Source: Octopus bimaculoides (Eukaryota). From it: a stretch of 64,000 nt of DNA. A program made the translations under genes and the position numbers. The notes beneath the pieces are model-generated. The model searched no databases. It saw nothing but the letters and a program-made list of their open reading frames with translations, and had not been told where the DNA came from. Shown here piece after piece: positions 1 through 11,949 of this stretch (its first letter is position 1; each line of letters starts with the position of its first letter). The stretch covers positions 43,854,932 through 43,918,931 of the forward strand of contig NC_068984.1 in the NCBI RefSeq assembly GCF_001194135.2. The letters run 5' to 3'.

Positions 1-525
1 TTTTCAAAAGGTAGGTTAATTTAGATTTAAAAAGTAGAGGTTATATTTTGAAAGAAATGGATCCAAAATCTGAACCTAAAATATTTCTGTTGAACACATG
101 CATTTAGATATGGAAATTAATTAATGTTTAGAATGTAAAATTAAGTTTCACATTAGTTGAATATTTTTACGCATGCTGTTCAGGAAAAAGGATGGTGAAT
201 GACTTCGAAGTGCAGTACCTCTGAACTAAATCTTTCCAGTTGAAAGACAATAAAAGTAACAAGCTTCTCATGTAGGAAATAATGCATCTTTCGTCTTCTA
301 TTTACTGTGTTAATCTCTAAGATGCTTAACGCAAACACGTATATCTACGAAAAAGTACGTGAAATCTATGTTCAGATGAAGAATAGCTGAAATGCTCTAT
401 CTCCATATAGGAATATCAAATTATATTGTGAAGTGTTTCAGACAGAATGAAGAATATTGAAAGAAACCACGACGTTATGTAAATATGTCTCTCTCGCTCA
501 GTCTTCTTGTCTTTTTCTCACTGCT

Positions 526-660
526 CTCACCGTCTCTCTCTCTCTCTTTCTCTCTTCCTCTCTTTCTCTCTCTTCCTCTCTCTCTCTCTCTCTCTCTTCC
601 TCTCTCTCCTTCTCTCTTTCTTCCCCCCTCTCTCTCTTTATCTATCTCTCATTCACTCCT
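526..660. repeat. (CT)n-rich degenerate microsatellite
   Basis: CTCT/CTTT runs; source of the spurious SLSL/FSLS ORFs at 457-719. Confidence 0.95.
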
Positions 661-1527
661 TTTACTTTCTTTTCAGTTTCTTAAGCATATTTCAAAAAGA
701 ATTTTATAAAGGTATTTGATCCCGAAGACAAAATAATAAATGAATAATAATAAAAGAGGTAATTTTAGTCGAAAGAAACCAAACAAACGGAGAAAACAAA
801 ACAAAATCATTACTAACTGCGCAGTTTCCGATGTTAATTGAATTAAATATGGAAAAGTAAGATTTCAGTCGGAATATTTTTAAACTGAAAACTTGGAACA
901 ACACATATCTTTATCAGGATTGCTTAAGTCAAAGTGATGCCACTATCAAAGTTGGTGCGTTTCAAAAGATTATTTTATGGGAGAATGTTTACAATTTCGA
1001 CAGACATCCCAGACAAACTTATTACTCATAGGATATTATCCTGCACTTAATAACCTTAGAGATTTAGTAGTTGGAAAATAATGATAAGCAACAAATTCCA
1101 AAAATTGAAAACAATAAACAAAGCAAAACAAAACAAATATTTCTTTTCAGAAAAAAAAAAAAAATCAACTTATTTCAGAGATTGATGAAACGACTCATTT
1201 ACTAAAATGGACAAAAGAGATAGAGACATTTTCCTAGTAATCAAAAATTTAAAACATGAAATTATTAAAATAACAAACAGCAAATATAGCTACCCCAAAA
1301 TTTAAAACAATTTAGATAATGATTAGTTTCAGTCGGGAGGATGATACGTGGCATTCTCATTGCAACTGCTGTCACAAAATTTGTGCTAAAGTGACAAGTC
1401 TTTTTTCACTGTTTCAAACTATTTTCTAGTGAACAAGAACAAATCCAGATTCCTTAAGTCTTTGAACTTTTGACGATTTGAGAAATAATGGAAATGTCTT
1501 ATGCAGACACGAAATGATAATACTGAT

Positions 1528-1695
1528 CACAAATTTTGACACAAGGCCAGCAATTTCGACTCCAGTGCTTGACTGGTACTTAATTTATCGACTCCGAATG
1601 GATGAAAGGCAAAGTCGACCTCGGTGGCATTTAAACTCTGAATGTAAAAGTGGACGAAATGCTGCTAAGCAATTTGTTCGTCGCGCTCACCACCT

Positions 1696-1696
<1 letters not shown>
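1528..1696 (-). mobile_element. tRNA-derived SINE family A, degraded copy
   Basis: Plus strand carries the family core GGTACTTAATTTATCGAC..GGATGAAAGGCAAAGTCGACCTCGG..TTTAAACTC (reverse complement of a B-box GAGTTCAAAT); same sequence recurs more than 15 times in the window. Confidence 0.85.
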
Positions 1697-1791
<95 letters not shown>

Positions 1792-1813
1792 AAGAAGAAG
1801 AAGAAGAAGAAGA
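1697..1813. repeat. compound (TAA)n-(GAA)n microsatellite
   Basis: Directly visible. Confidence 0.98.
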
Positions 1814-1814
1814 A

Positions 1815-2195
1815 ATAAGACCGAAACGAAAAATGCAATCCCCTAAAATTTGAAATTGCAAGAATTTGGAATGTGAATATTGTAAAGGTTGTACATTGGG
1901 GACTGTAAGCAAAGATATAGACAAACAGTTAAAGGATATTGAAATAGAGTGTCCTGTTGAGTGTCTACAAAAAGTTTGCCTCTTAGAAACAGGAAAGATC
2001 ATCAATTATCTTGAAAGATAATTGAATGCAAGTGGATACCTAAGGTTATAGGTAGTAACCCGCTAGTAGGTTATAGGTAGTAACCCGCTAGTAGGTTATA
2101 GGTAGTAACCCGCTAGTAGGTTATAGGTAGTAACCCGCTATCCACATAAATTCCACCAGGAATAAGAACGAACCTGAATCAAATAAATAATGATA
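1815..2195 (+). mobile_element. R4/Dong-type RLE non-LTR retrotransposon, 5'-truncated 3' end (C-terminus plus 3' UTR)
   Basis: With one frameshift translates to KCNPLKFEIARIWNVNIVKVV / LGTVSKDIDKQLKDIEIECPVECLQKVCLLETGKIINYLER* (stop ~2021), the typical R4/Dong C-terminus; ends in AATAAATAATGATAATA. Confidence 0.8.
2041..2140 (+). repeat. 25-bp tandem repeat x4 (GTAGGTTATAGGTAGTAACCCGCTA) in the LINE 3' UTR
   Basis: CGCTA ends at 2065, 2090, 2115, 2140; no spacers. Confidence 0.95.
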
Positions 2196-2983
2196 ATATA
2201 CAAGGGATCACAAAAATATCGGGACTGGTGTCAGCGCGCGTAGGAAGCCCAAAGAAGGTAGACGATCTGCGTGCCTTGGCTTACAAGCCATTTAATGCCG
2301 ATGTCCTATCTCACCAAGCAGGTGCAAATCACAGTAAACACATTAAGAATGATGTTATATCAACCAACTCATTCTCGTAATGGAGGAAAGAAATAATCAA
2401 AAACGAAAATACTAAGGTTATGGATGCGACTATCGAATGGAACATCGAGGGAACAGCTACAGGATCTATAGGCAAACGTTGTTGTGGAAGACCACTGATA
2501 GATTGTTTGAACACAAACATGGATCCCTATCGCATTGCTGAAAGATCGCACATTCTTTTTAGATCCTAGAATTCCACCTCACTACTTAATTGCTGATCCG
2601 AAATTTTCAGCCAATGCAAGCATATGGACAAAAGTTGAACTGGAAAAAATCACCTTCTCTGGACTGATAGATAAGCTGTCTCGAAGACTTCACTGAATTA
2701 TTCTATGCCAGCTAGTTTAATTACGTTTTCTACGATGAAAGAAGCCATAACTCTATTTTTTCCTTTTCTTTCGTTTCCTTTTCCGCTTTTATTCACCGTT
2801 TGTATTCCGATTCCACATTTTGCATCAACATTCTTCTCGTCTTCCTCATGTAGTTGTGTCCTGGATGTTGCCTGGAGTCTGAACATTGCATAGAGGCACA
2901 AAGCATGTTATAAATATATGCTTGACCACGTGTCTCAATATCAAGAAACTATTAGTAGCTATTATTTTAGTACAGAGTACATG

Positions 2984-3033
<50 letters not shown>

Positions 3034-3047
3034 TAATAGAGTTAAAG

Positions 3048-3933
3048 GCTGGAATAACCGTCTGATGGATAAAAATATCCGTTCATAGGTAATGCTCATA
3101 AGCCACAGGCAATGACAAAGATAAACATGTTTATCCGGAATCAAATTTAAAGTAAACAACAAATAGGCTTTATCCCATCTAACAGCCGTTTCTGCTTCCA
3201 ATGTTCCACGGTAATGCCATTGAAAATTCTGAAAATAATATTCATCATATTTGGCAATACATCCGATCTGGAACATGGAGCTTCAGCAGAGTGAAGAAAA
3301 ATACATAAAAGAAAAGAAAAGAAGAGCGGCGAGAAGAAGAAGAAAGGCTTTAAATCATACCATTTTGCACATGTCAGGCTTCAGGACGTTGAGTAAATGA
3401 CTAGACTTAAAATATTAATTGGTGGGTTAATTTCTTTATTTTTCTATTACTTATACACTCTGTTACCCCCATAGGGAGATTGACTCACCAAGTTAAGTCA
3501 TTTACTCAACTTCCTGAAGTGGCACATATGCAAAATGGAATGATTTAAATATATTAAGCCTCGCATCTTCTCGAGGCTCTTCTTCTTTTCTTTTTTTTTC
3601 TTTTATGCATTTTCTTCACTCTGATGAAGCTCCATGTTCCTGATCGGATGTGTTACTAAATATGATGAATATTATTTTCAGATTTTTCAATGGCAATACC
3701 GTAGAACATTGTAAGCAGAAACAGCTGTTAGATGGGATACAGTATTAAAAAGTAATAACTGATGTTAGTTAATTGTTGTTGATCAATATTTCTCCTGATA
3801 AACTCCTGCTTACCTTTTTCATTGCCTGTAACCTATGAGCATGATATGCTTGCATATCTATGTCCAGAGTTAGCATAGGTAATTATACCCGTACTAAAAC
3901 GGATATTTTTATCCCTTAGATGGTTATTCCAAC
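3048..3933. mobile_element. long imperfect inverted repeat (arms ~3048-3408 and ~3490-3933), probably inverted Penelope-type terminal repeats
   Basis: GGAATAACC..GATAAAAATATCCGTT (3051) mirrors 3900-3930; TATCCCATCTAACAG (3171) mirrors CTGTTAGATGGGATA (3725-3739); GAGTAAATGACT (3391) mirrors AGTCATTTACTC (3496); ~45-bp indel between arms. Confidence 0.85.
3616..3736 (+). ncRNA. type I hammerhead ribozyme-like motif with long loop II
   Basis: CTGATGA 3621-3627; stem II GCTCCATGTTC/GAACATTGTAAGC; GAAAC 3718-3722; palindromic AGCT loop III; GTT cleavage triplet 3727-3729; bulged stem I TCACT/AGATGG. Confidence 0.6.
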
Positions 3934-5616
3934 CCGTAACGTGTGTGTGTGTGTGTGTGTATTTATGAATGTATGTATAATACGCGCAGGCACACTATCT
4001 CCCTCAAAACAGGATGTTCAATTAATTGAATCAATCTTACTCTCTTACAGATATACATTCTAACTAGACTACTCGTGATCCGTTGGGTCACTGACGGTTC
4101 AGGTTAAAAAACAGTGAAGCTGATTTCATCATTGCATTGAAATGAAAGTTGATTTTATGATGACTCAGTCAAATATTTAAATTCGTTCGTGTCATCATAG
4201 GTCTCGTTACAAGTGCAAAAAACAGAACTTCCGGGATAAACTTGTATTCCAGTAACAGCACGTATTGATGGTAAATGTGCACACTTCTACAAAAATGCAA
4301 AAGGAATTGTTATATAACATAGACATAAAATTAATGGAAACAATTTCCACAGTATTATATATTCCCTTTTCTGGGGTATGTTACTTTCGGAGTATTTTCC
4401 CATTATGCCCCTGCTTGGATATTTATGATGGTGTCCCCCAGAAAACCGCGTTTTCAGGAATCCGTGGCCCGATTTACGCGAAACGTGTTTTATTCTGTTT
4501 GTATTCACATTTCAGGGGTTTCTTATTTTCAGAGTATTTTCCCATTATGCGCCAGTTTGGATATATTAAATTACAGACAAGCACGCAAGCAAGCAAGCAA
4601 TCACAGGGTTTTAGTAGTATATTAGTATATAGATAGATGATCCCATATGGCAAGTCGACCACGGTAAAATTTGAACTGATGAATATATATTACGAAACCT
4701 GATATAGTTTTAATTAATTAGTTAATGTGATGGTCTATAGGGTTTCCATCATCCAGGCTATACGTCAGCCCTTGTGAGAATGAAACAATATAGCATGAGG
4801 CCCCAAATTTGATATCAAGGCGAATATATACTTACCATTCTTATCAGTCAAAATAAAGATAGGTGTTTGTAGTTTGCAACATATAAAGTAAATCAATATA
4901 TGCATGTGTGTGTTTGTTTGTGTGCATATGTGTACTTATGCACATGTATGTGTTTGTGTGCCTGTGTGTGTTTATGTATACGAGGGAGGACACTTGCACG
5001 GCAGTGGTTGTGCGTTTCTGGTTTCTTTAGAAGTTGCTTTCGCAACATATCTACCAATTCAGTGGAATTGGGAGACGGGAACTGTGTGGAAACCAGCCAT
5101 ACATGTGTATCTGTATATATCTGTATGTATATCTTCGAAAAATGTAGGAATTAGTCTAAAGACAGCATCTATCTGTAATTTCTATCAATGGTGCTTCGTT
5201 TCATTTGTTCTGACAGTGTTGCAAAAACACTAGATCGTCATTTTGTTCATTGTGATTCAAGGATGGGAAACGGTATTGTTTACAAATGTAATATATATAT
5301 ATATATATATATANNNNNNNNNNNNNNNNNNNNNNNNNNNNNNNNNNNNNNNNNNNNNNNNNNNNNNNNNNNNNNNNNNNNNNNNNNNNNNNNNNNNNNN
5401 NNNNNNNNNNNNNNNNNNNNNNNNNNNNNNNNNNNNNNNNNNNNNNNNNNNNNNNNNNNNNNNNNNNNNNNNNNNNNNNNNNNNNNNNNNNNNNNNNNNN
5501 NNNNATATAGTTTTCCTTTTGACCAGATTACCTCCTAATCAAAACTGAATTAGATCTGTAAACTTCTCATCTAATAAACAAAGGATACAACAATTTAAGT
5601 TTTGGAAAGTTGAGTA

Positions 5617-5681
5617 TCCATCCATCCATCCATCCATCCATCCATCCATCCATCCATCCATCCATCCATCTATCTATCTAT
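5617..5681. repeat. (CATC)n-(TATC)n microsatellite
   Basis: Directly visible. Confidence 0.97.
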
Positions 5682-6163
5682 CGCTCGCCTTTGGCTATCG
5701 TTCGTGTTGTTTCGCGTAAGATCATATATTTTATCGTGTTTCCTTATGTATACTTGTATATATTTTTGACGACAAGTTTCCTAATAACATCTGCTTTGCC
5801 TCGAGCAAAGCTCACTTGAAAAGTTGCCCTTTTAGGGTGAATTTTCATATTGCAAGGTGGGTAAATGTAGCAAAGATGGTACGCGTGAATGGCTAAAACA
5901 CTTTTAGCATGATTCTGTAAAACCAAAAGAGAGAGAGCGCTTTGCTCTCATGTGTTTTTTCACTGCCTGAGGTTATCGTGGTCTTTTCGTAGGATTTTCT
6001 TTCTACGGATAAACCTCTTTTACATTTTTACCCTGCCTATCTTTTTTGTTCTTTACATGTCACAAACGCTTTCGATCCCATTTGATCGTTTTTTTCCTTC
6101 CAAAAAGAAAAGTTCTACTTCGTATTGTCCTTCATGTGTTCTGCCCTGCGTGGCTAATAAAGA

Positions 6164-6199
<36 letters not shown>

Positions 6200-6209
6200 N
6201 NNNNNNNNN

Positions 6210-6251
<42 letters not shown>

Positions 6252-7007
6252 GCATTTTTGTATGTATATAAATACGTATGTATGAACAAATGTATATGAT
6301 ATATATATATATATATGCATACATACAAACAAGAAATTTCAATACATACTTGCCAAATCATGGAAGTATAGATATCAATCCTTGTCACAGAGGCTTATAC
6401 ATATACATATATACATACATATATACATATGCATATATANNNNNNNNNNTATATATATGCGTGTGCGTGTGTGAATGTGTGTACAACTGAGTCCATGCAC
6501 ACGCAATACATGTGTAACTGTTTGTGTATATGGTGTGCGTGCGTGGATTGTTTCTAAAATGTCTCGTGATAAATATTGGTATTTGCCAGAAACGAAGGAG
6601 TGGGCTAGATGACATTCATCATCCGAAACTATTAACATAACGTAACAACGCGAAGACTCGATGCTTCTGGATATACTTCCCAGTTTAATCGCCTGAAGAA
6701 GTGAGTAAACGATGATAGCTGCCAGTAGGATCGACTAATTCCCCGCTTAGCAAAACCACTTTACAGAGAAATATTGAAAAACCCATCTATCATATAGCAA
6801 CAAGTGAAATCAAAAATATGTTCTACCGTAAATTCAAATAAAATTTGACCAAAAACAAAACGAAAATTGCTATTGATAGATCATATCAATAAAGTATAAA
6901 CATTGCTCAAGAGGAAAGAACATTGGAAGGAATTGAATAAGGTTAAGTAACAAGGCATCGGACAAAGAAATGCACATTCATGTATGTATGTATGTATGTA
7001 TGTATGT

Positions 7008-7301
7008 AATTATTCAGTTTATTTCAAGGTTTCTTGCCAATAGAGAAAGAACCGGTTTCTAGCCTAGATCCAAGGTTCCTTCATTGGAATTTCAACATCA
7101 GCAACAGGGTATTTTCGTGTGTATGTATGTATGTGTGGGTGTGTGTATGTATGTATGTATGTGTCTATGTATGTGCAAATTTGTATGTTGTACGTACGTA
7201 TTCTCATGCATATAGTTGCTTATTTAGACATGCTCATATATATTTAAATGATAAACTTCTGGAAAGTTTAGATTTTTACAGTTCCAGTGATGGATTGGAT
7301 C
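7008..7301 (-). mobile_element. 3' end (mostly 3' UTR) of an RLE-type LINE, same family as 60897-61422, embedded in (TATG)n
   Basis: TTCAGTTTATTTCAA..TTTCTTGCCAATAGAGAAAGA..CCTAGATC..TTCATT.GAATTTCAAC shared with 60900-60995; TTCTGGAA..TTTACAG shared with 61133-61160. Confidence 0.8.
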
Positions 7302-7416
7302 TATGTATGTATGTGTGTTGTTTGTCTGTCTGTCTGCCTGTATGGATTTATATACGTATGCATGCATGTATGTATGTATGTATTTATGTATATATGTATA
7401 TTTGTATGTATGTATG

Positions 7417-7522
7417 AGGGCACATTGTCTAGTGGGCAAGGCACTGCACTCACGATCGCGAGATGGTGGTTTCAATTCCTTGACCGGGTTTCTGGAGCGA
7501 AACACTTCACCTCACGTTGCTC
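7417..7522 (+). mobile_element. tRNA-derived SINE family C, head fragment
   Basis: A-box-like TGTCTAGTGG, B-box-like GGTTTCAATTCC, then AAACACTTCACCTCACGTTGCTC as in 41000-41330. Confidence 0.6.
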
Positions 7523-7872
7523 GATAATGTTTATATTACTAGCCCTGCTTTTAAATCGCTATTGAATTTAATCTGACATGTGCATCACCGTGGTACATCA
7601 TCGAATAGTTTTTACATTATTTATACATAGTCATAGTGTGGCAATTCGATTCGTATCAAATACGTGATGTTTATAAGCCACAAATATATCGAAATATCGG
7701 TATCCATCGCTCCCGAATTCGATCCAAGTCGAGTTGTTTCACCTGTCTATAACTTTCAGGTCTCTTGGCATCCAACGTTATAACAGAGTTCTCTCTCAAG
7801 CGCTAACCCATAGCGAGTGTGGCGAACAAACAAAACACCATCATTGAGTCTATATGCGATCGATATTGTTTA

Positions 7873-7910
7873 CACACACACAATATATGTGTGTGTATGT
7901 GTGTGTGTGT

Positions 7911-7982
<72 letters not shown>
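7873..7982. repeat. (TG)n microsatellite
   Basis: Directly visible. Confidence 0.98.
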
Positions 7983-7984
<2 letters not shown>

Positions 7985-10864
7985 ACATATAACCTAAATG
8001 GAAAGATACGTGGAGAATAAACTCACACATACATTATAATAAATATAAATACTTTATCCCGCCTCCATACGTAGGGAAATCTCTGTATCTGAAATGTGTA
8101 TATAAAATGTTCTCTACACACCTCGCCACCATCAGCAGGCTACTAATTGGACTGTATGGAAACGTTTGTAATTTTAGCAGTGATTAAGAGAGAAAGAGAA
8201 AGAGAGAGAGAGAGAGATAGAGAGAGAAAGAGAAGGAGAGAGAGAAGGAGAGAGTGAAGGAGAGAGAGAGGGATAAAGAGGAGGAGAAAGTCAGATGGAC
8301 ATAGATAGGCAATGATTGAGTGAGAGCGTGAGCAAGAAAAAGGTTAAGTTTGTTCGAACTTTCGGCAAGCATCGTTAGTTTCCGGAGATTCAAAAAATTG
8401 TGACAATGCCTGCAGCAGTATAAAAGCCATTAACGTTCCCATATTTTTCATTTTATTACTTACTGATGCCAACGAGGTGCATTTATTTTNNNNNNNNNNN
8501 NNNNNNNNNNNNNNNNNNNNNNNNNNNNNNNNNNNNNNNNNNNNNNNNNNNNNNNNNNNNNNNNNNNNNNNNNNNNNNNNNNNNNNNNNNNNNNNNNNNN
8601 NNNNNNNNNNNNNNNNNNNNNNNNNNNNNNNNNNNNNNNNNNNNNNNNNNNNNNNNNNNNNNNNNNNNNNNNNNNNNNNNNNNNNNNNNNNNNNNNNNNN
8701 NNNNNNNNNNNNNNNNNNNNNNNNNNNNNNNNNNNNNNNNNNNNNNNNNNNNNNNNNNNNNNNNNNNNNNNNNNNNNNNNNNNNNNNNNNNNNNNNNNNN
8801 NNNNNNNNNNNNNNNNNNNNNNNNNNNNNNNNNNNNNNNNNNNNNNNNNNNNNNNNNNNNNNNNNNNNNNNNNNNNNNNNNNNNNNNNNNNNNNNNNNNN
8901 NNNNNNNNNNNNNNNNNNNNNNNNNNNNNNNNNNNNNNNNNNNNNNNNNNNNNNNNNNNNNNNNNNNNNNNNNNNNNNNNNNNNNNNGGAGAAGGAGGGG
9001 AAGATTTAGTTTTGTTTTGTATGAAGTTGCACAAAATAGTTGAGTTAGAAAGCGGAGGGGAGGATACAAGACGAGTTGAAACATATACATAGTATACTAG
9101 GCATGTGAATATACGGATGATGGCCTAGAACCTCGAAGTGGGGCTGATCAATGACTCCCAAAGACCATAATATCACCTTAACCCGAGCTCGAGTTCTTGC
9201 CGAACTGTTATTCATCAATCTGCAGGCATATATTTAGAATATTTCTATTCACACTGATGATATTTGTTATTCCTCTTTCAATAAATTCGCTAGAAAGAGA
9301 ACTTCCCGCTTCACCATACTTTCCTTTGAAAGTGGAACTTGAAACAGTTACTTAGAACTTGACTGAACTTTGACTGCCTTCAATCCTTTAGGAGTCAGTC
9401 ATAGTGGATCTAGAACTCAATTACCCAACGTGTCCCTCAGGAAAGGCATTATTTTAAAGTTATTTGATATTTAATTCCAGCATCTCCAGTGACCACCTAT
9501 CGTCCTTTTCACAGCTTCCTTTAGTTACATTCAATATTCTTCTCAATTAGAAATTTAAGTGACAAAATTAATTATGATTTTCTACGCATTTTCTTAGTCA
9601 CATCATGGACAACTCGGTCATGGAACGATCTTGTACTTCATTTCTCACGAATGCGTTCCGTTAATTTTCTTCTGTGTCTCCTATTAATAGTAGTTAAATC
9701 GCGTTAGATAAAAACTAGATTATTTCTTAAAACCATAATATAAAGACCAGATTATTTCTTAAAAACCATAATATAGACAAGAGAGTGAGATGTGTCAACT
9801 ATCCCAACGATCAATGCCTGCACATAACACAAACCAATCAATTTCATAATGGTTACGTAGGTAATGTTATATAGAATTATAAATGTTAGGAAAACAAAAT
9901 GCTTTCCTATTTACTTAGGAAGCATACATATAAATATCAGTTCAGTTATTCCCTTTGATTCAAACAGACCATGGACAAGATAAAGATTGATGGGAAATGA
10001 TGAAACCGGGATTATTTGTAGAAATAGTGAAATAGTGACCGTTAAAGCAAGTTACAGTGGATTCATTAACCACATATGCATAGCTATATCACGTACCTAA
10101 GCCCGATAACCACTTTAAAGCTTATCTCCAGCTTACACAACCTTAAGTGATTGAGATACATCTGCCTCTTCTTTCTGAATAGTAACGTCAGCTTATCAAC
10201 AATTTCGCTCAAAATAATATTTGAACTCATCTCTGTAAGCTAATGAGAGCATTCGCTAGCCTGTTAACAGTTAATAACAGATGTATGAGTGAAGGGAAGA
10301 GGAAGATAAAAAGTGAAGGAGATAAAGAGACGGTGAGAAGGAGGAATTAAAAGTTACTAATTCTAGAAAGTAACATTATACCGACTCAATGGACTAACCG
10401 CTATAACAGCTATCGGGTTATATTTACCAAAATAATTATGTGTTGTTTTAAAAAAGGTATAGAATTAAAATTTCTTTTCATATCACGTCACAAGCAAGAG
10501 CTATATTTCCCTGCTGAAAACCTTAACTCCCCAGTGAAACTGCCCAATTAGTTGTTTATAAGAACGATGGGGCAACTAAAACATAACACTTTAAGTAGTG
10601 GGTTTGTAATATAACAGTCCCCGGTTATAATAAGGAGCACTACAGAGATTGGGATCCAATTTATTCATTATGAATTGCCATGTCCATTAACAAATAGCAG
10701 CAGGCAAGTAGGATTATCAAATAGAATTATTCATATCGTCATATAAAGGATGATCGGAGTGGATGTAACCTGATGACCCGATAAAATAAGTATCCACAAC
10801 ACAAATACACACAGAAACACAAACACTGATATGTAGAAGGTATGTATATGTACACACACACACA

Positions 10865-10924
<60 letters not shown>

Positions 10925-11334
10925 NNNNNNNNNNNNNNNNNNNNNNNNNNNNNNNNNNNNNNNNNNNNNNNNNNNNNNNNNNNNNNNNNNNNNNNNNNNN
11001 NNNNNNNNNNNNNNNNNNNNNNNNNNNNNNNNNNNNNNNNNNNNNNNNNNNNNNNNNNNNNNNNNNNNNNNNNNNNNNNNNNNNNNNNNNNNNNNNNNNN
11101 NNTATATATATATATATATCCATCTATCTATCTATCTATCTATCTATCTATTTATCTATCACACGCACACGCACACATCTGCACACACACATGCACACAC
11201 ACACTAGAACACACACACACACTACCCCCCCCCACACACACACACACATGAAGATAAATCTGCTCTATATAAGGAGATATGAGCAGCTGAATAGCCAGAA
11301 GCTAAGTCGGCAGAATTTTACAAGTTATGCAACA

Positions 11335-11550
11335 CTGATGGATGGATTTATCTGACAGTGTGTCTTCACTCCTTGTGGAGGGCCGATAGCATCCAGCAGA
11401 CTCTTGTGACCTTTTGCAACACTCTGATAGCTTTCTTTCATCTGCTTCTGTCAGTTTTCAGTGGCAGATGATAATGTTAACCATTACACAAAGATTTAAT
11501 CGAGAATCTGTTGTGGTTGAGTATGTCAGTATTTCTATGAGAATATTTGT
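11335..11550. other. unclassified element, copy 1 of a diverged pair (copy 2 at 22716-22912)
   Basis: About 75% identity over ~105 ungapped nt by hand alignment (CTTCAC..TTGTGGAGG..GATAGCA.CCAG..TGACCTTT..CACTCTGAT.GCTTTCTTTCA.CTGCTT), weaker similarity to TTAACCAT.ACAC and beyond. Confidence 0.8.
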
Positions 11551-11949
11551 AAACTCGCGTGTGTGTACGTAAGCGCTATTATATTAACCTATTATAATTC
11601 TGTATCGTAATCAATATTCAGTTAATCACGTGAAGGAAGATGAAAACATTCATTCTAAATATAAGGAAAACAAATATTGACCTTACATTAACAGGAGGTT
11701 ACACAGTTTTAAGGGAAGTGATTACGTATTGAATAACATTCTGGGATATTCCTGGTGTTTATCTTACTGACCCCAACTCTAGAGGCAGAGATACCAATGT
11801 CAAATGCTGGTCGATTTGAACTCGGAATGCAACAAATTCGCGCAAAAATTTTAATCAGTCAGTCATTTCGCTGTAATAATATCAACGTAGCAATTTTAGT
11901 GGGAGGGAGTTAGGCGATTCAGTCGGCTCCGGGATGAATGGCAAAGTTG

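Noticed and set aside
2041-2140. CRISPR-like array
   Set aside because: Contiguous 25-bp units without spacers, in a eukaryotic LINE 3' UTR, with no cas genes
2200-2600. Possible RTE C-terminus (EWNIEG..GKRCCGRP)
   Set aside because: A single weak motif with an in-frame stop; too little to call
6690-6760. Hammerhead-like CTGAAGA-AGTG..CGCT
   Set aside because: No GAAA half (GCAAAAC instead) and no NUH site or stem III
7761-7850. Strong-looking acceptor (ACTTTCAG|G) followed by SLGIQRYNRVLSQALTHSECGEQTKHHH*
   Set aside because: Short, no recognisable homology and no upstream exon; not supportable without transcripts
11428-11472. pre-miRNA or SECIS reading of the TCATCTGC/GCAGATGA hairpin
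   Set aside because: The stem is only ~13 bp and poorly kept in copy 2; no SECIS GA quartet with correctly spaced AAR loop
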